A stretch of 63,566 nucleotides of DNA, filler included, from Choristocarpus tenellus KU-1152 (lineage: Eukaryota > Protista > Phaeophyceae): assembly GCA_964200185.2 (NCBI GenBank). It is 15 parts of 15 records of this genome, joined end to end, with 100 filler letters (N's around TTAATTAATTAA, not from the genome) between each part and the next. Parts side by side here need not be neighbours in the genome. Positions count along the whole stretch, not along the records: positions 50,049 to 52,937 come from CAXNAD020023898.1; positions 53,038 to 56,830 come from CAXNAD020017890.1; positions 56,931 to 60,366 come from CAXNAD020020037.1; positions 60,467 to 63,566 come from CAXNAD020022330.1; 11 more parts are not named here. One strand, given 5' to 3'. Under the pieces are notes generated by a model that worked only from the letters and a program-made list of their open reading frames with translations, was not told the origin of the DNA and made no database searches. Positions 52,047-63,566 of this stretch are shown piece after piece. How positions within the stretch are numbered: the first letter of the stretch is position 1; each line of letters starts with the position of its first letter. The position numbers were made by a program, and so were the translations under genes.

Positions 52047-53291
52047 CTGCAATATACACACATAAATACAAAAATACATATTGTTAAATAATTTATATAT
52101 TATTAATACAGTTTCAACACAGACGTATGTATTCCCAACACACACAGATGACTCATGTGGACACGCAAACTATCATTTAACCGCCTCTTGTTTGTTCAAA
52201 AGCCCTTTTAAAAAAAAATCTTTTTATTTTTTGTTCAACTAAAAAAAAAAAACTTTCTGAAGCTTCTGTTCCCTTTTTTTCAAGTTAAAATGCCTAAAAA
52301 ATTCTCACTATAGGTTTTCTACTTTTCAAGGCGGGTGTCCGCGATGAGACAACACTTTTTATTTCTTCGTCTAATGAACAAGTTATTAAAAATATATATA
52401 TATATAATCCAAAGACCACATGTTACACTCACAAAAATCCCTAACCCTAACACATTATAGTCAGATATACAGTGCATAACCCCCTCCCCCCCCAAAAAAT
52501 ACAATTTGAGACAGGTCACCACCAATCTTCCTTTGTATATGGCGTTTGCTGCTAAACTAAATATTGCAGTTTACACATCACTATATGACTGTGTAAGGTA
52601 TACCTCCCTCAATACAACGTAACCAAAATACATCTCACACCGGCTCTACTTCTTCATGCCCAAAAGCCACCCCCAGTTTCACCGGATGAGATAGCACCCT
52701 ACAACTCGTACTTGTGTTGTTTGTTATAGAGATAGATGGCGTCAACATAACACCAACTCATTGTTCAATACACACGGAGAGGCTGGGTCTGCCATGTACT
52801 GAACAAAGTCACCGGGTATTGTCCAATAGAAGGGCAGGAAAAAAAGAAGATAAAAACGTAAGACCGGTTACATTTCGATGCTCTTTGGATTCCAAAGGAA
52901 AGACTTGAACAGTAAGGGGTAAGGGGTGGGGGATGGGNNNNNNNNNNNNNNNNNNNNNNNNNNNNNNNNNNNNNNNNNNNNTTAATTAATTAANNNNNNN
53001 NNNNNNNNNNNNNNNNNNNNNNNNNNNNNNNNNNNNNCCCCCCCCTCCCCCCCCACAATTTTTTTGAGATATATACATACGTTGAGATTGTTGCACTCCA
53101 AGAACACCCTAACCCTAATAAGCGATGTTGTTGTTGCTTAATAAAAATTGAGGTAACGGTAAGATTTCTGTATTTTGCGGTAAAAAAATGACCCCAAATT
53201 GAACATTTTGATGCAAAAATCGTGAGATATCGGGATTTTATGTCAATACATTTTTATTTATTTTTTGTTCTTATTATTCCACGTCCCTTAT

Positions 53292-53471
53292 CGCTCAAAC
53301 AATCTGTGGGGAGGGGGGGATGTCTACACCAGGTGTCCGTTTGGGCCCTGATCAGGAGAAGTGTACTTATATCATCCGTCCGACGCATGCAACCAAATGA
53401 CACAAAAACTGTGATTTGGAAAAATGGACCCCAAATGGACAGCCACCAACTTCCCTCAGATACTTCGAGCC
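53292..53471 (+). mobile_element. MITE family B, degenerate copy
   Basis: GCTCAAACAATCTG ... CAAATGGACAG ... AGATACTTCGAGCC. Confidence 0.85.
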
Positions 53472-53681
53472 TATGGTATCACTAACAATTTCCAAGAGAT
53501 TTCCAAAAATAAATAAATCTTTTTTAGGGTGCAGAACCCATCCACCCATGAAAGGGGGCATTCGTCCTATGCTGACAGTCCCCCCCCCCCTTCTATGCAT
53601 ATATACAGACACATCAAGGCGTCAGCTTGTTTTAGCGTGATCACCTTACAGATACATATCACCTAAGCTTCTGTCACAAAC

Positions 53682-56141
53682 CTGGTCGTATTGTTGGGGA
53701 GTTAGGTCGTATGCCGCCTCAAGGTTGGCATACATGTCATCACTGGCCACCAGGTTGTGGATAGGGGCTTCTCTGAGACAGGGATAGACATCAATAAGAG
53801 ACTGGTATTTTTTCAGTTGGGAATGGACCAGGTAGTCCAAGGGAGACCCGAAGCAAGGAGCAGAAGAGCATGGAATAGGAAGGGAGAATGAGGTTAAAAT
53901 ATTGTTTTGGTTTGGTTGGTCTATTCTTTCAAATGGTAACAGAAGCAAAAATTGATCCCAATGACCAGAATTTCCTTGAAAAATGCTTGTGAATATTTTG
54001 GGCTCTTTGTGAAAGCAGCAACAAACCTACTACTCGCAGAATTTTGAAAATAGGGTTAGGGAGGAGCAAGGGGTCATCTCTTTTTTGAAATGTCACCTAC
54101 ATAGTGCCTCTTTTGGACATTTGTTTGGCAAGGTTTGAGTGTGTGCGTGTGTGAGAGAGAGGCATGAACGTTTTTGCATCCCAACAGTTACACTGATAGT
54201 TACACTGACCTGTTCTTTCATTCCAGAAGTACAAATGTAATGAAGAGTGCAATAACCTGTTCATTGGAAACCGTCGAACAACTAACATCTAACCCTAACC
54301 CTAACATCTCAGAAGTGCACCAATAGGAGAGACTGCTAGTGGACAGGGAAGACACACTGATTAGTACACATCCTCATCGTCTCATGATACTGTGGGGTTG
54401 GCTTTTCCAAACCATACAAAAGCATACAAAAGCAAACAGTACAACCCACACACAGAATAAACGATACTGTGATTATACTGTAGATTTGACAAGATGGCCA
54501 AAAGCCTTTCCTGCAATATTATACCAATATGAACACCATGCTGGAAAAAACAGTTTCCCCTGCACAACCACCCCAGGTTGCTCTGGAACACACCCAAAGC
54601 TGAAGATAGAAATAACTATGTACTGCACAGTTCAAACCCAATACACGTTCCATAACTACACCAAAGTGATTCAAGCCTACACCATGGACTATGGAATCAT
54701 GCCGATTCAACAAAAACCAGTGAGATGCAGACCCCCAAACAAAAGCCTGCCCCACCTACTAGCAACCCTTTGTGGGCACATTAATTTCACCTGAGAGGCC
54801 ACTACTGGTCGTTCCAGGAGCAACGCGGTGGGGATGGATGACGTGGTCCGATCCCAGTTGTAGAGGTTACTTGATGTGGCAGTTACCACAAAGTTTGATC
54901 GTCGAATCTCCCCATAATAGTCCAAGTACCTAAGAGTAGGGCAGGAGAGGGTAGGTGAGGTGAGGGTAGGTGAGGTGAGGGTAGGGTACGGTACGGGACG
55001 GGAAGGACCTAAGTTTAAGTCCAGACCTCAGCGAGGTATCACATCTTGTACCTGTGATGTGGGTCAGTCTCCGGAACATTGTAGTCCCTGGTTGGGCTGT
55101 GTCGGTGGATGATTGCAGGGTGCTTTCCAAAAGGAGGCACACATCTTTTTCTTTTTTTTACTGCTTGCAAAATCTTTGGGAGTATTATCTTTTTCCTCAA
55201 AAAAAGCTTTTTGGGGGTCGGTGGTGGGAGAGTTGTACTTCGTTCTTATTTTTCCTTTCTCTTTCTTTTTATTGTGAAACTGACCGGCAGGCTGACAGAC
55301 CGACTGGGTTATTTATTTTTATATATTTTTTTTCTTTTTCCTCTGTGTGGCAGTAGGGTAGGGGGTCTATGCGATGTCCTCAGCTTCTCAACCTACTGTG
55401 GACCAGCCAAAGATGTCAAAGATGTCCTTTGTGGACTATAGTACTGCAACCAAACCATTAAGTAACCTCAACGGTGGCCTCTCTGCCTGGCATGCACTCA
55501 AAAGCAAGTATGAGGCGGCCACCGAACAATGGATGCGCGCTGTGCACTGCTAAACGCTTTTTAATAGCTACAAATATTCTTATGACTTTATTTGTCAATT
55601 CTTATGACTTTGTTGTCAACTCTTACGACTTTATTTGTCAATTCTTATGACCTTGTTTGTCAACTCTTATGACTTTATTTGTCAATTCTTATGACCTTGT
55701 TTGTCAATTCTTATCACTTCATTTGTCAATTCTTATGACTTTGTTTGTCAACTCTTACGACTTTATTTGTCAATTCTTACGACTTTGTCAACTCTTATTA
55801 CTTTATTTGTCAATTCTTATGACCTTGTTTGTCAATTCACGAGCAAACACTACGAAAAAAGAGAACAGTTTTGTACATAAATACAAAAAAAAGATACACT
55901 GAAAGTACAGAAAAACATACACACCCAATTACAAAAAGTAGCAGTAACCAAAAAGAGTAGTGGAAACTCACCCAATTCCCTTCCTGACCGTAACCAAGCC
56001 GGTCATACATGGACCAATCTCCAGGTCGTCACTATGCTCTCCCACAATAACCAATCGGAAGTGCCTCTTCCCATTGTTGCACATTTTGCTCAGGCTCTTC
56101 AACAAGAGCCCATACGATCGGCGCTTGCTCGAAATGTTCCC
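53682..56141 (-). CDS. Glycosyltransferase-like (GT-B C-terminal) gene fragment; exons 56141-55972, 54929-54791, 53801-53682
   Basis: In-phase GT-AG joins give GNISSKRRSY..FRLVIVG...G-YLDYYGEIRRSNFVV..Y..RTTSSIPTALLLERPVVASQ-SLIDVYP. Exon structure is solid; the product call is by pattern. Confidence 0.7.
55580..55838. repeat. 22-bp minisatellite, about 12 units (TTATGACTTTATTTGTCAATTC)
   Basis: Head-to-tail units without spacers, located in an intron. Confidence 0.95.
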
Positions 56142-56930
56142 CTTCCAAGAAAAAGAGTACAGATGGGCAAAAACAAAAATAAAATTAAGTTCGATACATA
56201 TACATGTGTACGTGTAGGTACAATGTATAGACCCGCTGTCAACAAAAAAAAAATCACAATCACAGGAAGGTACACCTATACCTTTTTTTTGTGCAAAATC
56301 AAGTATCTCAACATTTTGACCAAAACCAGAGGTTGAGGGATTGAATCGAACACAAACCCCTGCCAGCAGAGGAGAGGAGATGGAGAGGAATAGGGTAGGT
56401 GAGATGGAGGGGGGGGAGGGGGGGGGGCAAAAAGCAGCCACAAGGGGAAACTGAACGACCGATGTGACTGGACAGGGAGACTGTGTGAAACAGTGGGGTG
56501 ACCAGTCCACAGATTATGCTCTGGGTAGCACCCTAGCGTCTGATCTCATCAAGTCTTCTGATGCCACAGTTACACTGACAGGATGACAGCTACATCTCTC
56601 CATTCGGCAGAGTACTGAAATGTCAGTGTATAGCAATATCAGTGTATAGAAATATCAAGGGGGAAAAGAAAGGTCAAGGGGGGCAAATCCCCCAATCGCT
56701 GCAGCACTTTCAGGCTAGTATAGCAGCTAATACAAATTGCAGTCTTAGCAGCCAAGAGAATTCCCCCCCGCTGGTCAACCACCATGCTTAGAAAAAAAAA
56801 ACGTGCCTGCACAATGAAAGTTCTCCACACNNNNNNNNNNNNNNNNNNNNNNNNNNNNNNNNNNNNNNNNNNNNTTAATTAATTAANNNNNNNNNNNNNN
56901 NNNNNNNNNNNNNNNNNNNNNNNNNNNNNN

Positions 56931-57026
56931 GTTCCATACGTTGGATGGATAATGAAAGTGTACTTTTCCTGGTTTTGGTCCACCCTCCACCCTCTGGTGC
57001 AGACCCCCCCCCAGATACTTTGGGTC
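56931..57026 (-). mobile_element. MITE family B, partial
   Basis: GGATGGATAATG ... CCCCCAGATACTTTGGGTC. Confidence 0.85.
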
Positions 57027-58095
57027 TGTATGATAATTTTTCTCGTATCAAGGAAATATTTCTGATTTTTTTTGGGTGTTGAATGCCCCACTTAATTTTA
57101 ATCTACAGACACCAAGCAATCTCGCTGGGTTTATCACCTTTATCCTTTTTGATGATTTGGGGGATACTTTAACACAAGGACCCCCCCTTTGGGCTTGGAT
57201 GTTCACTCCTCCTTTCGCTTTCCTTACTTCATCTACAACCTGTTCTACACACAATTAAGGAGTTAATCGAGTTATTTACTTACACAAGTCTTGGGAGCAT
57301 CAATTTCTTTAATACTGTTTGTATACTGTTTGTAACATGTAAGATTGGGAGTGTAAAGCTTATGTTCAACACCTATTATTTTCCTTGGATTTGTGTTTGT
57401 GAATTTGGTAGCCATCACACGATCATATTCTGCTCATTAGATACGCCATGTCGACACTGCAATTCATTTCGTGTACTTTATTCGTACAGTTGTCTATTGG
57501 CTCGTAAATGGTAAAAGCGGTGTCCTTCTTGTCAACTAGTGACTTGGTCTAGTTGTCAGTACTTGGAAAACAACGGGTTTGATTCAACATTTGGGTTCAC
57601 ATTTGGATTTAGTCATGTTCAGAGCGCCAAGGTTATCCTAGGGTAACCTGTTTTGGGCGGTTTTGCATTGCAAACAGCTCTGTATATACCCTCCGTCAAA
57701 CACATACACATCCTAGACTTAGCACCAGTTTCAACGTAGGAGGGCATGTCTTCGCCTTGTTTTGAACTTTCGAAGACTGTTCCATATTTTTGAAGTAGAT
57801 GTTACTCAAAAACACGGAATTTTGAAACAGGTTACTGCCATCCCTTTTGCAGCTCGAGGGTACCTCTCGCTTACGCCAACCCTCCCCATATACCACGCTC
57901 GCCACTGTACATCAAAATTCTGCGTGCGCCTTTTGAAAGGCCGTTTCGGTACTAGGTTTCACTTGTATTGATACAACTGAGACCATTAATTCAACTAATC
58001 AAGTCAAAACAACAACTATGACACAAATCAATGACAGTATATTTTTCGGTACTTCCTCAGCACAAGGATAGTAACCTAGATACGAGTGGGTATAT

Positions 58096-58205
58096 AAAAT
58101 ACATTATCCATCCGACGCATACAACCACCACATCGCCCAAAAATCGCGACATGGAAAAATGGGCCTCAAATGGACAGCCGCCACCCCCCCCAGATAGTTT
58201 GACCC
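58096..58205 (+). mobile_element. MITE family B, right half
   Basis: CATTATCCATCCGAC ... CAAATGGACAGCCGCCACCCCCCCAGATAGTTTGACCC. Confidence 0.85.
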
Positions 58206-59824
58206 ATCAGTACCATCTATTGTGGACTGGAGCTACACATTCCGTGGAGGTAAGCTTTGGAATGTGTTGCAACGGTGCGGGTTGTGTAGCCTGTAACAGG
58301 AGAAGCTTCAGCAACTACCGGCTATGATGCTCCAGCAGCACCAGTAGAAAAGGCACAAGGGGGGCCTGTGGCTGTCTGAGGAAAGTTTCATGATCGAGCT
58401 AGATGCGCATGCGTTACGGTGGGATCTGTAGGTAAAATATTCATTTCTGAACGGCTAACTGGAATCCCTTAATGACTATTGAAAGCACTAAAGGCTAGGA
58501 CGCTGCCAGAGAGGATCAACGCAAATCACATTCTAGCCGGACCATCACCTCAATACTATGTTTAGCAAACACTGTTGGAGGATGCTTGATAATACTTCGG
58601 TAAGTTAATAGTCACAACAAATCTACTGCTTCAGGTCTAGCAATTGCTGCTATATTCTCCTATTGCTGTGATGTGGGATTGATCTCATTCACCGTATACA
58701 CCATCATCTCACTATCCTAGCAGCATAGCTGTCCAGGGGAAGAAGATCTCTGATGACATCTCTCATGGTTAGGGACCAGACCTTCTTGTGATTACTCACC
58801 TATATTGCCGCAGGTTTTGAGCAGTCAGCATATTACTAGGAAACTGAAGCAGTACACCTCCGATAATCCAATCAGTCATGATGGTCCTTGATCCCCAGCA
58901 TGTGAAACTTGTGTTCGAATAATTTTTTCAGAAATCTTCGACCATACAGCTGTGCATTGTGCAATAATTGGTGACAGGCACTATGATCCATACGTCATAT
59001 ACCACTTCGAACAGTTGAAACAGTTTCAAAGCAGCCCCATTGTCACTCTCCTAAGCTATGAAAAATACTCAAGGAGTTACAGTAGAAACCCAACGCAGTG
59101 TATGTCTGCTAAGTCATCTCAAACAGTGATTATCAACTTGCAAGTAGTTAGGGTCATAATCAAAATAACCTCAAACAAAAAACCACAACGATGGGATAAG
59201 TGTTTCCTGAGCAAAGCCCTCTCAAGGCTCAACCATATGGAATGCACAAACTACTAATATTATGACCCATAGCAACCTCAAGTAGGGGTGATTTCAACTA
59301 CTATTCAATTGAGTCGCCAACCAGTCATACAAATGTTTACAGTACTTGCACGACACACCCCCTTTCCTTCATCTCGATAAACCTTCCTTTTCCACCCCCT
59401 CCCAGGACCAAATCTGAAGGAAATCACATGCTAAATGGCCATCAAACTGAGGTGTTTTGCTGTAACCCGTCAAGCCCAAAATGGACGATGTGGGCTAAAC
59501 TGCTACCCCCTCTAGGATACTATGGCCCCCCACTGTGAACACAGCGGGATAGCATCATTCCAAACAGAGCAAAAATAATGCCATAAACTCTTACAAGAGA
59601 CTCCCCTGTTGCAACATAGTGGGATGGAATATAATTTTTACCCAGCCAAAACAAAGGTGGGTAAATCAAGACTGACTTTACTCAGGGGATGACTCCCCTT
59701 CATAAGCATAATGTTGCACTTACATGTAGTGCATCATTCGTTGCACTAGTACAGTATGGAGGAGGACCTCAAAATCCAAAATTTGCTAGATAATATATGT
59801 GAACGAGTTGTTTTAAGAAAAAAC

Positions 59825-60366
59825 CTACTCGTTATCATGGTCCAACCCAGCAGGCTTTGGGGACTCCCAAAGTGTTCTCCCTGTAGGAGTTATCAGTCTA
59901 ACGGTTTCTTGAGGGGTGAACTCCAACAATGCCTCATCGACATCACCAGAACGTCTAATGGCATCCCACCACCATTGGCGGTGGCGTGGGCTTTTATAGA
60001 AGATGTTCCCCGCACTTGACCCCAAGAAAAGGCGTCCCCGTTTTACTACAGCAAACAGCGAACCAGTCACCTCAGCCTTTGCCAGTACCTTTGCCTTTCC
60101 CGTAGCTCCATCCTCTACATCATATGTGGTCTGACCACCCTTCCTGCTATCGTTGGAGCGCTTCCAGCCCCTACTCTTTCTGGGGAATAGGTTCTGAATT
60201 GTCAAGCGTCTTTGCAGTGGGTTTTCTTCGGAAGGGGGTGGGGGAACATTAAATATAATATCCTTGGGCTCTACAGCTGCAGGGTCACACCCCTTTGCAA
60301 CCGTGAACCCTCCTTCCTCCGGGACCCAGGCAATTACCCTTGCCCAGGGGGGTAGTCCTGTCACAC
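59825..60366 (-). CDS. Probable terminal exon of an unknown protein
   Basis: 179-codon open frame from the contig edge to TAG with natural composition. Confidence 0.55.
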
Positions 60367-60466
60367 NNNNNNNNNNNNNNNNNNNNNNNNNNNNNNNNNN
60401 NNNNNNNNNNTTAATTAATTAANNNNNNNNNNNNNNNNNNNNNNNNNNNNNNNNNNNNNNNNNNNN

Positions 60467-63400
60467 GGGAGGAAGGGCCTTGCCCCCCCCACCACAGGAC
60501 ATTTACGGTGGGGGGGGGGGGATGGGTATGAAGCGAGGTAGAGAGGAGCAGCATGACCAGTATCTGATGAACAAGATGCGCAAGCAGGATATGATAAACA
60601 AAAGTGTAGGACAAACTCTCATGGAGGTGTGTGGATGCATAATAATCAGGATGTATGGTTATGTCCGGAGCACTGTTTTTTGTTTTGTTGAAAGATTCCA
60701 CCATGTGATACTCCGCATTTGAAGCGGATGCCTCTGTTCATGCTTACTGAGGTTTACCTCTATAATGGATATTGTTGATCCCTGAGTGTACAAGGTGGGG
60801 AGGGGAGGAGAAAACCCCAGGTGTAGGCGGTGTGTTCCTCTTTTTGATTAGATAAGGGAATTCTTAACCTTGCTGAAAGATCAGTTTTCACCATGCTACT
60901 GGCAATTCAATATTTTAAGGGTCACAAATATGTAGCACTTTGATGATTAGTCTCTCTCTTTTCGTTCTTTATCCTCCCTCCTCAACATATTTCTGCCTTG
61001 TGTTTGCCAACAGCATATGTATCTCTGATCGACACTTACCTACACCTTGAGCATCAATATATCTCCTCTTTCCCCTCCTTGTGAATTATTGTTTTGTTGC
61101 TTTTGCTTACCTCAGCAAAGATTGGGCATGGCACCTGTACGAATTCAGCTTGGAGTACAGAGCATGATTGAGCAGGGGATTGTCACTGAGTTTGAGATGG
61201 ATGACCGGGTCACTGCTGCCCTCCTACAGGTGCTCGTCAACATTTACAATAGTGGGGCTTTGACAACAGTTCATGGTGTTCTGGTTGTCAATTTCCATTG
61301 GTAGATTGAATGGTTTTGTAATGTAAGGAGTTTTGCAGGGCTTTGCACCGGACCGGCAGTTAGCTGGGTTGGCCCATGGCTTGATCCAGTCACATTTTCT
61401 GAACACCCAGCCCAGTCCCACCGAGAGATGCTTTATATGGACCAGCCAACAGCCTGGTCGTGTTAATTTTTCTTTGGTCTGGCTCAGATAAATCCTATTT
61501 TCCTGGGACAGCCCTGTCAAAAATATTCGTATTTGCCAAGCTGTAACCCTGGCTGATTTTTTATATCTAGTGATCTTTAATATATATTCTAATATTGAAA
61601 ATTCAGTAATGAAATCTACTCACAAGAACTCGTAAAAAAAAAACTCTAGTAGACAGTACACAATCAGGCGCTTGAAACATTTGCCAAATATATTGTTCTA
61701 CACCAGTATGCAGTGTATTGTATGTTTTGCAGAATGAATAAAAGTCAGAACACACCATTCATTTATATACAGTGCTTCGAGTACCTATGTTTTGATGTAT
61801 TTTCTACTGTATACAGCATCAAATATCATACATTGTATTTACCAAGTGTCATGCTTGACTCGAGAATGAATTCATTTGACTCGTCTTTTAACAGTGTACA
61901 ATTAACTTTCATTGTTTCAATGCATGAAATTCTTTTGAAAAAGTGAGAATATGGCATCTGATCATACTCCTGGAAATGTGTGCACTATTCTGGTATAGTG
62001 TCCATCTTATGACTTTCACATACATGCGTGTGGCTTGGCTAAGACTGGGGCCCAGCCCTTTCAAAATTTCCTTACCTGTGGCCTGGTCTTGCCAAAATTC
62101 CTACAGCCCTGTTCTGACCCTTACAAGAAATTTCTTGCCATGCTGCCTTGTGACCTGGCTCTGGAAAATATCCTATGGTGCTAGCCCGGTCCTTACAAAA
62201 TATTTCATATCAAACCGGCTCATGGCTTGATTCTTACAAAATTCTTACAGCCCTGGCCTGACCGTGATGAACAGAAATCTTCCAAGATAGCTCATAGCCT
62301 GGCCCCAGCCCCCATAAAAACTACCTGGTCTGTTGTGAAGTCTTGAATTTTGTGTAGCTATTCTTTGATGTGTTAAGAATTTCTGCTCTTTCTGTTGTGA
62401 CACTTCACCCCCTTCCCCCTCCTAGACTGCCCTGATTGCCAATGAGTCTTTGGAATGGCTACTTTTGCATGACGACAATTTCCAGATTTCATGACTCATC
62501 TCTGCCAGTCATGTAATCATTTTATTTGGGAAAAAATATGATTAGCTCTTTGACATGGGGTGCTTCAGCAGGTTTTTCTTGTTGCCAATCAATGAATGGA
62601 AGATTCTAACCAAGATTCTGAGATAGATGTGAAATGCTTGAAGTTTTTGTTTCAATGAAAGGGTGTATTCAACTTGAGTAGAGCTTGTGTGTTGTTTTAG
62701 TTTTATGTGCTTTGAAGTATTATTATGGGTTTATATACTGATAGTACTTGTGCTGAATCAGTCCCCTTCTCCACCTTGACAGCTAACAGAGGAGCAGGGA
62801 GTGGCAGCCTTGGATGAGTTTGCAACATGTGACATGTCCCGCATCCGAAACAAGAGGTTTGAGTTGGAATTTGAAGTTTTTCAAGGCCCCTTTGTTTTGT
62901 ATTAGAGATTATTGTGGCAATAACGTGGCAAGAGGGTGTAATACCCCTTTGGTTTAGCAACCTATTGCATGCAATTTTAGCAGTGCATTTTCTCAGGTGA
63001 TGATGGGAACAAGATGGAAATGTTAAATCTTTGATCTATTGGTATGAGGCCTTGTAACCATGGCTTAGAACATCAAAATGGTGGTACCTTTGGTGCTTAG
63101 ATTTGCTTTCTTGGCTCATGTTTTATAGTATTGAGGAAAAAAAATCTTTGTCAGGTAGTGTCCCACAAGTGAAAATTTTAAGTTATGATGTTGCCTTTTG
63201 GTCCTGTGGGAACACATACAATGAACCTCCTTTTTCAATCTCTTTTGCCAATTGTGTGTGAATGGTAATAAATAAATGGGCAGCACTGTTGAAGTCTTGT
63301 GCACACACAAATACCTCCCCCTTTTTATCTATAGAAAGGTTGAGTGGTGAAGTGTACAGTATGGACAGTGATGTTTAGGTCGATAGAATGGACTGCAAGG

Positions 63401-63566
63401 CATCATTGACCATTAGGGTGGATTTGTTCACTCTAAAACCTCCCCTATCGTCTCAATCTTGACATCATTCTCTTACTACCCCTCTGATATGCCCTGATAC
63501 ACCTGCAGTGCCTACATGATGGGTCTGCTGAAGCGGTACCGCTCTGGGGGTCCTCCTCCCCCTCAG
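60467..63566 (+). CDS. hnRNP Q/R acidic (NURR)-like domain protein fragment; exons 60467-60626, 61116-61229, 62783-62856, 63509-63566
   Basis: In-phase joins give EMDDRVTAALLQ-LTEEQGVAALDEFATCDMSRIRNKS-AYMMGLLKRYR, matching the LDERA..AL...F.....NKSA...G..K.YR pattern. Confidence 0.8.
62030..62330. repeat. Degenerate intronic tandem repeat, roughly 45-bp period
   Basis: Recurring CTTACAAAA/AAAATTCCTACAGCCCTG/GGCCTGG motifs. Confidence 0.55.

Noticed and set aside
55580-55838. Possible CRISPR array
   Set aside because: Repeats are contiguous with no unique spacers, the context is a eukaryotic intron, and no cas genes are present.
2915-60466. Regularly recurring TTAATTAATTAA flanked by N-runs, and ORFs ending in LIN
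   Set aside because: Artificial contig linkers, not biology; adjacency across them was not interpreted.

Overview
Eukaryotic, intron-rich DNA, probably from a photosynthetic stramenopile such as a brown alga. This is inferred from a heterokont-type CYP97 with a plastid-targeting-like presequence, GT-AG introns and CCCTAA tracts. The window is not contiguous: 15 short contigs are joined by 14 artificial 100-bp linkers (N-run, TTAATTAATTAA, N-run), so adjacency across linkers means nothing. Host genes are all partial: a CYP97 carotenoid hydroxylase head-to-head with a YAK1-type kinase, a glycosyltransferase-like gene, an hnRNP Q/NURR-domain gene, an EGF-like gene and some unknown exons. Most of the rest is mobile DNA: CRE-type and RTE LINE relics, a Copia relic, two plant-mariner-like transposase relics, and about 20 copies or ends of a set of non-autonomous TIR elements sharing 5'-GRNNN-AAAGTATC termini. 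These TIR elements nest in each other, make mostly 4-bp (twice apparently 3-bp) target duplications, and hit one Copia gag three times. Two further leads: a spliced, decayed ParB/Srx + HTH gene, and dispersed AT-rich intronless relics (primase-like, FNIP-like) linked by a shared stem-loop cassette, possibly from an endogenous virus or large mobile element. All protein assignments were made by eye from motifs; no searches were run.
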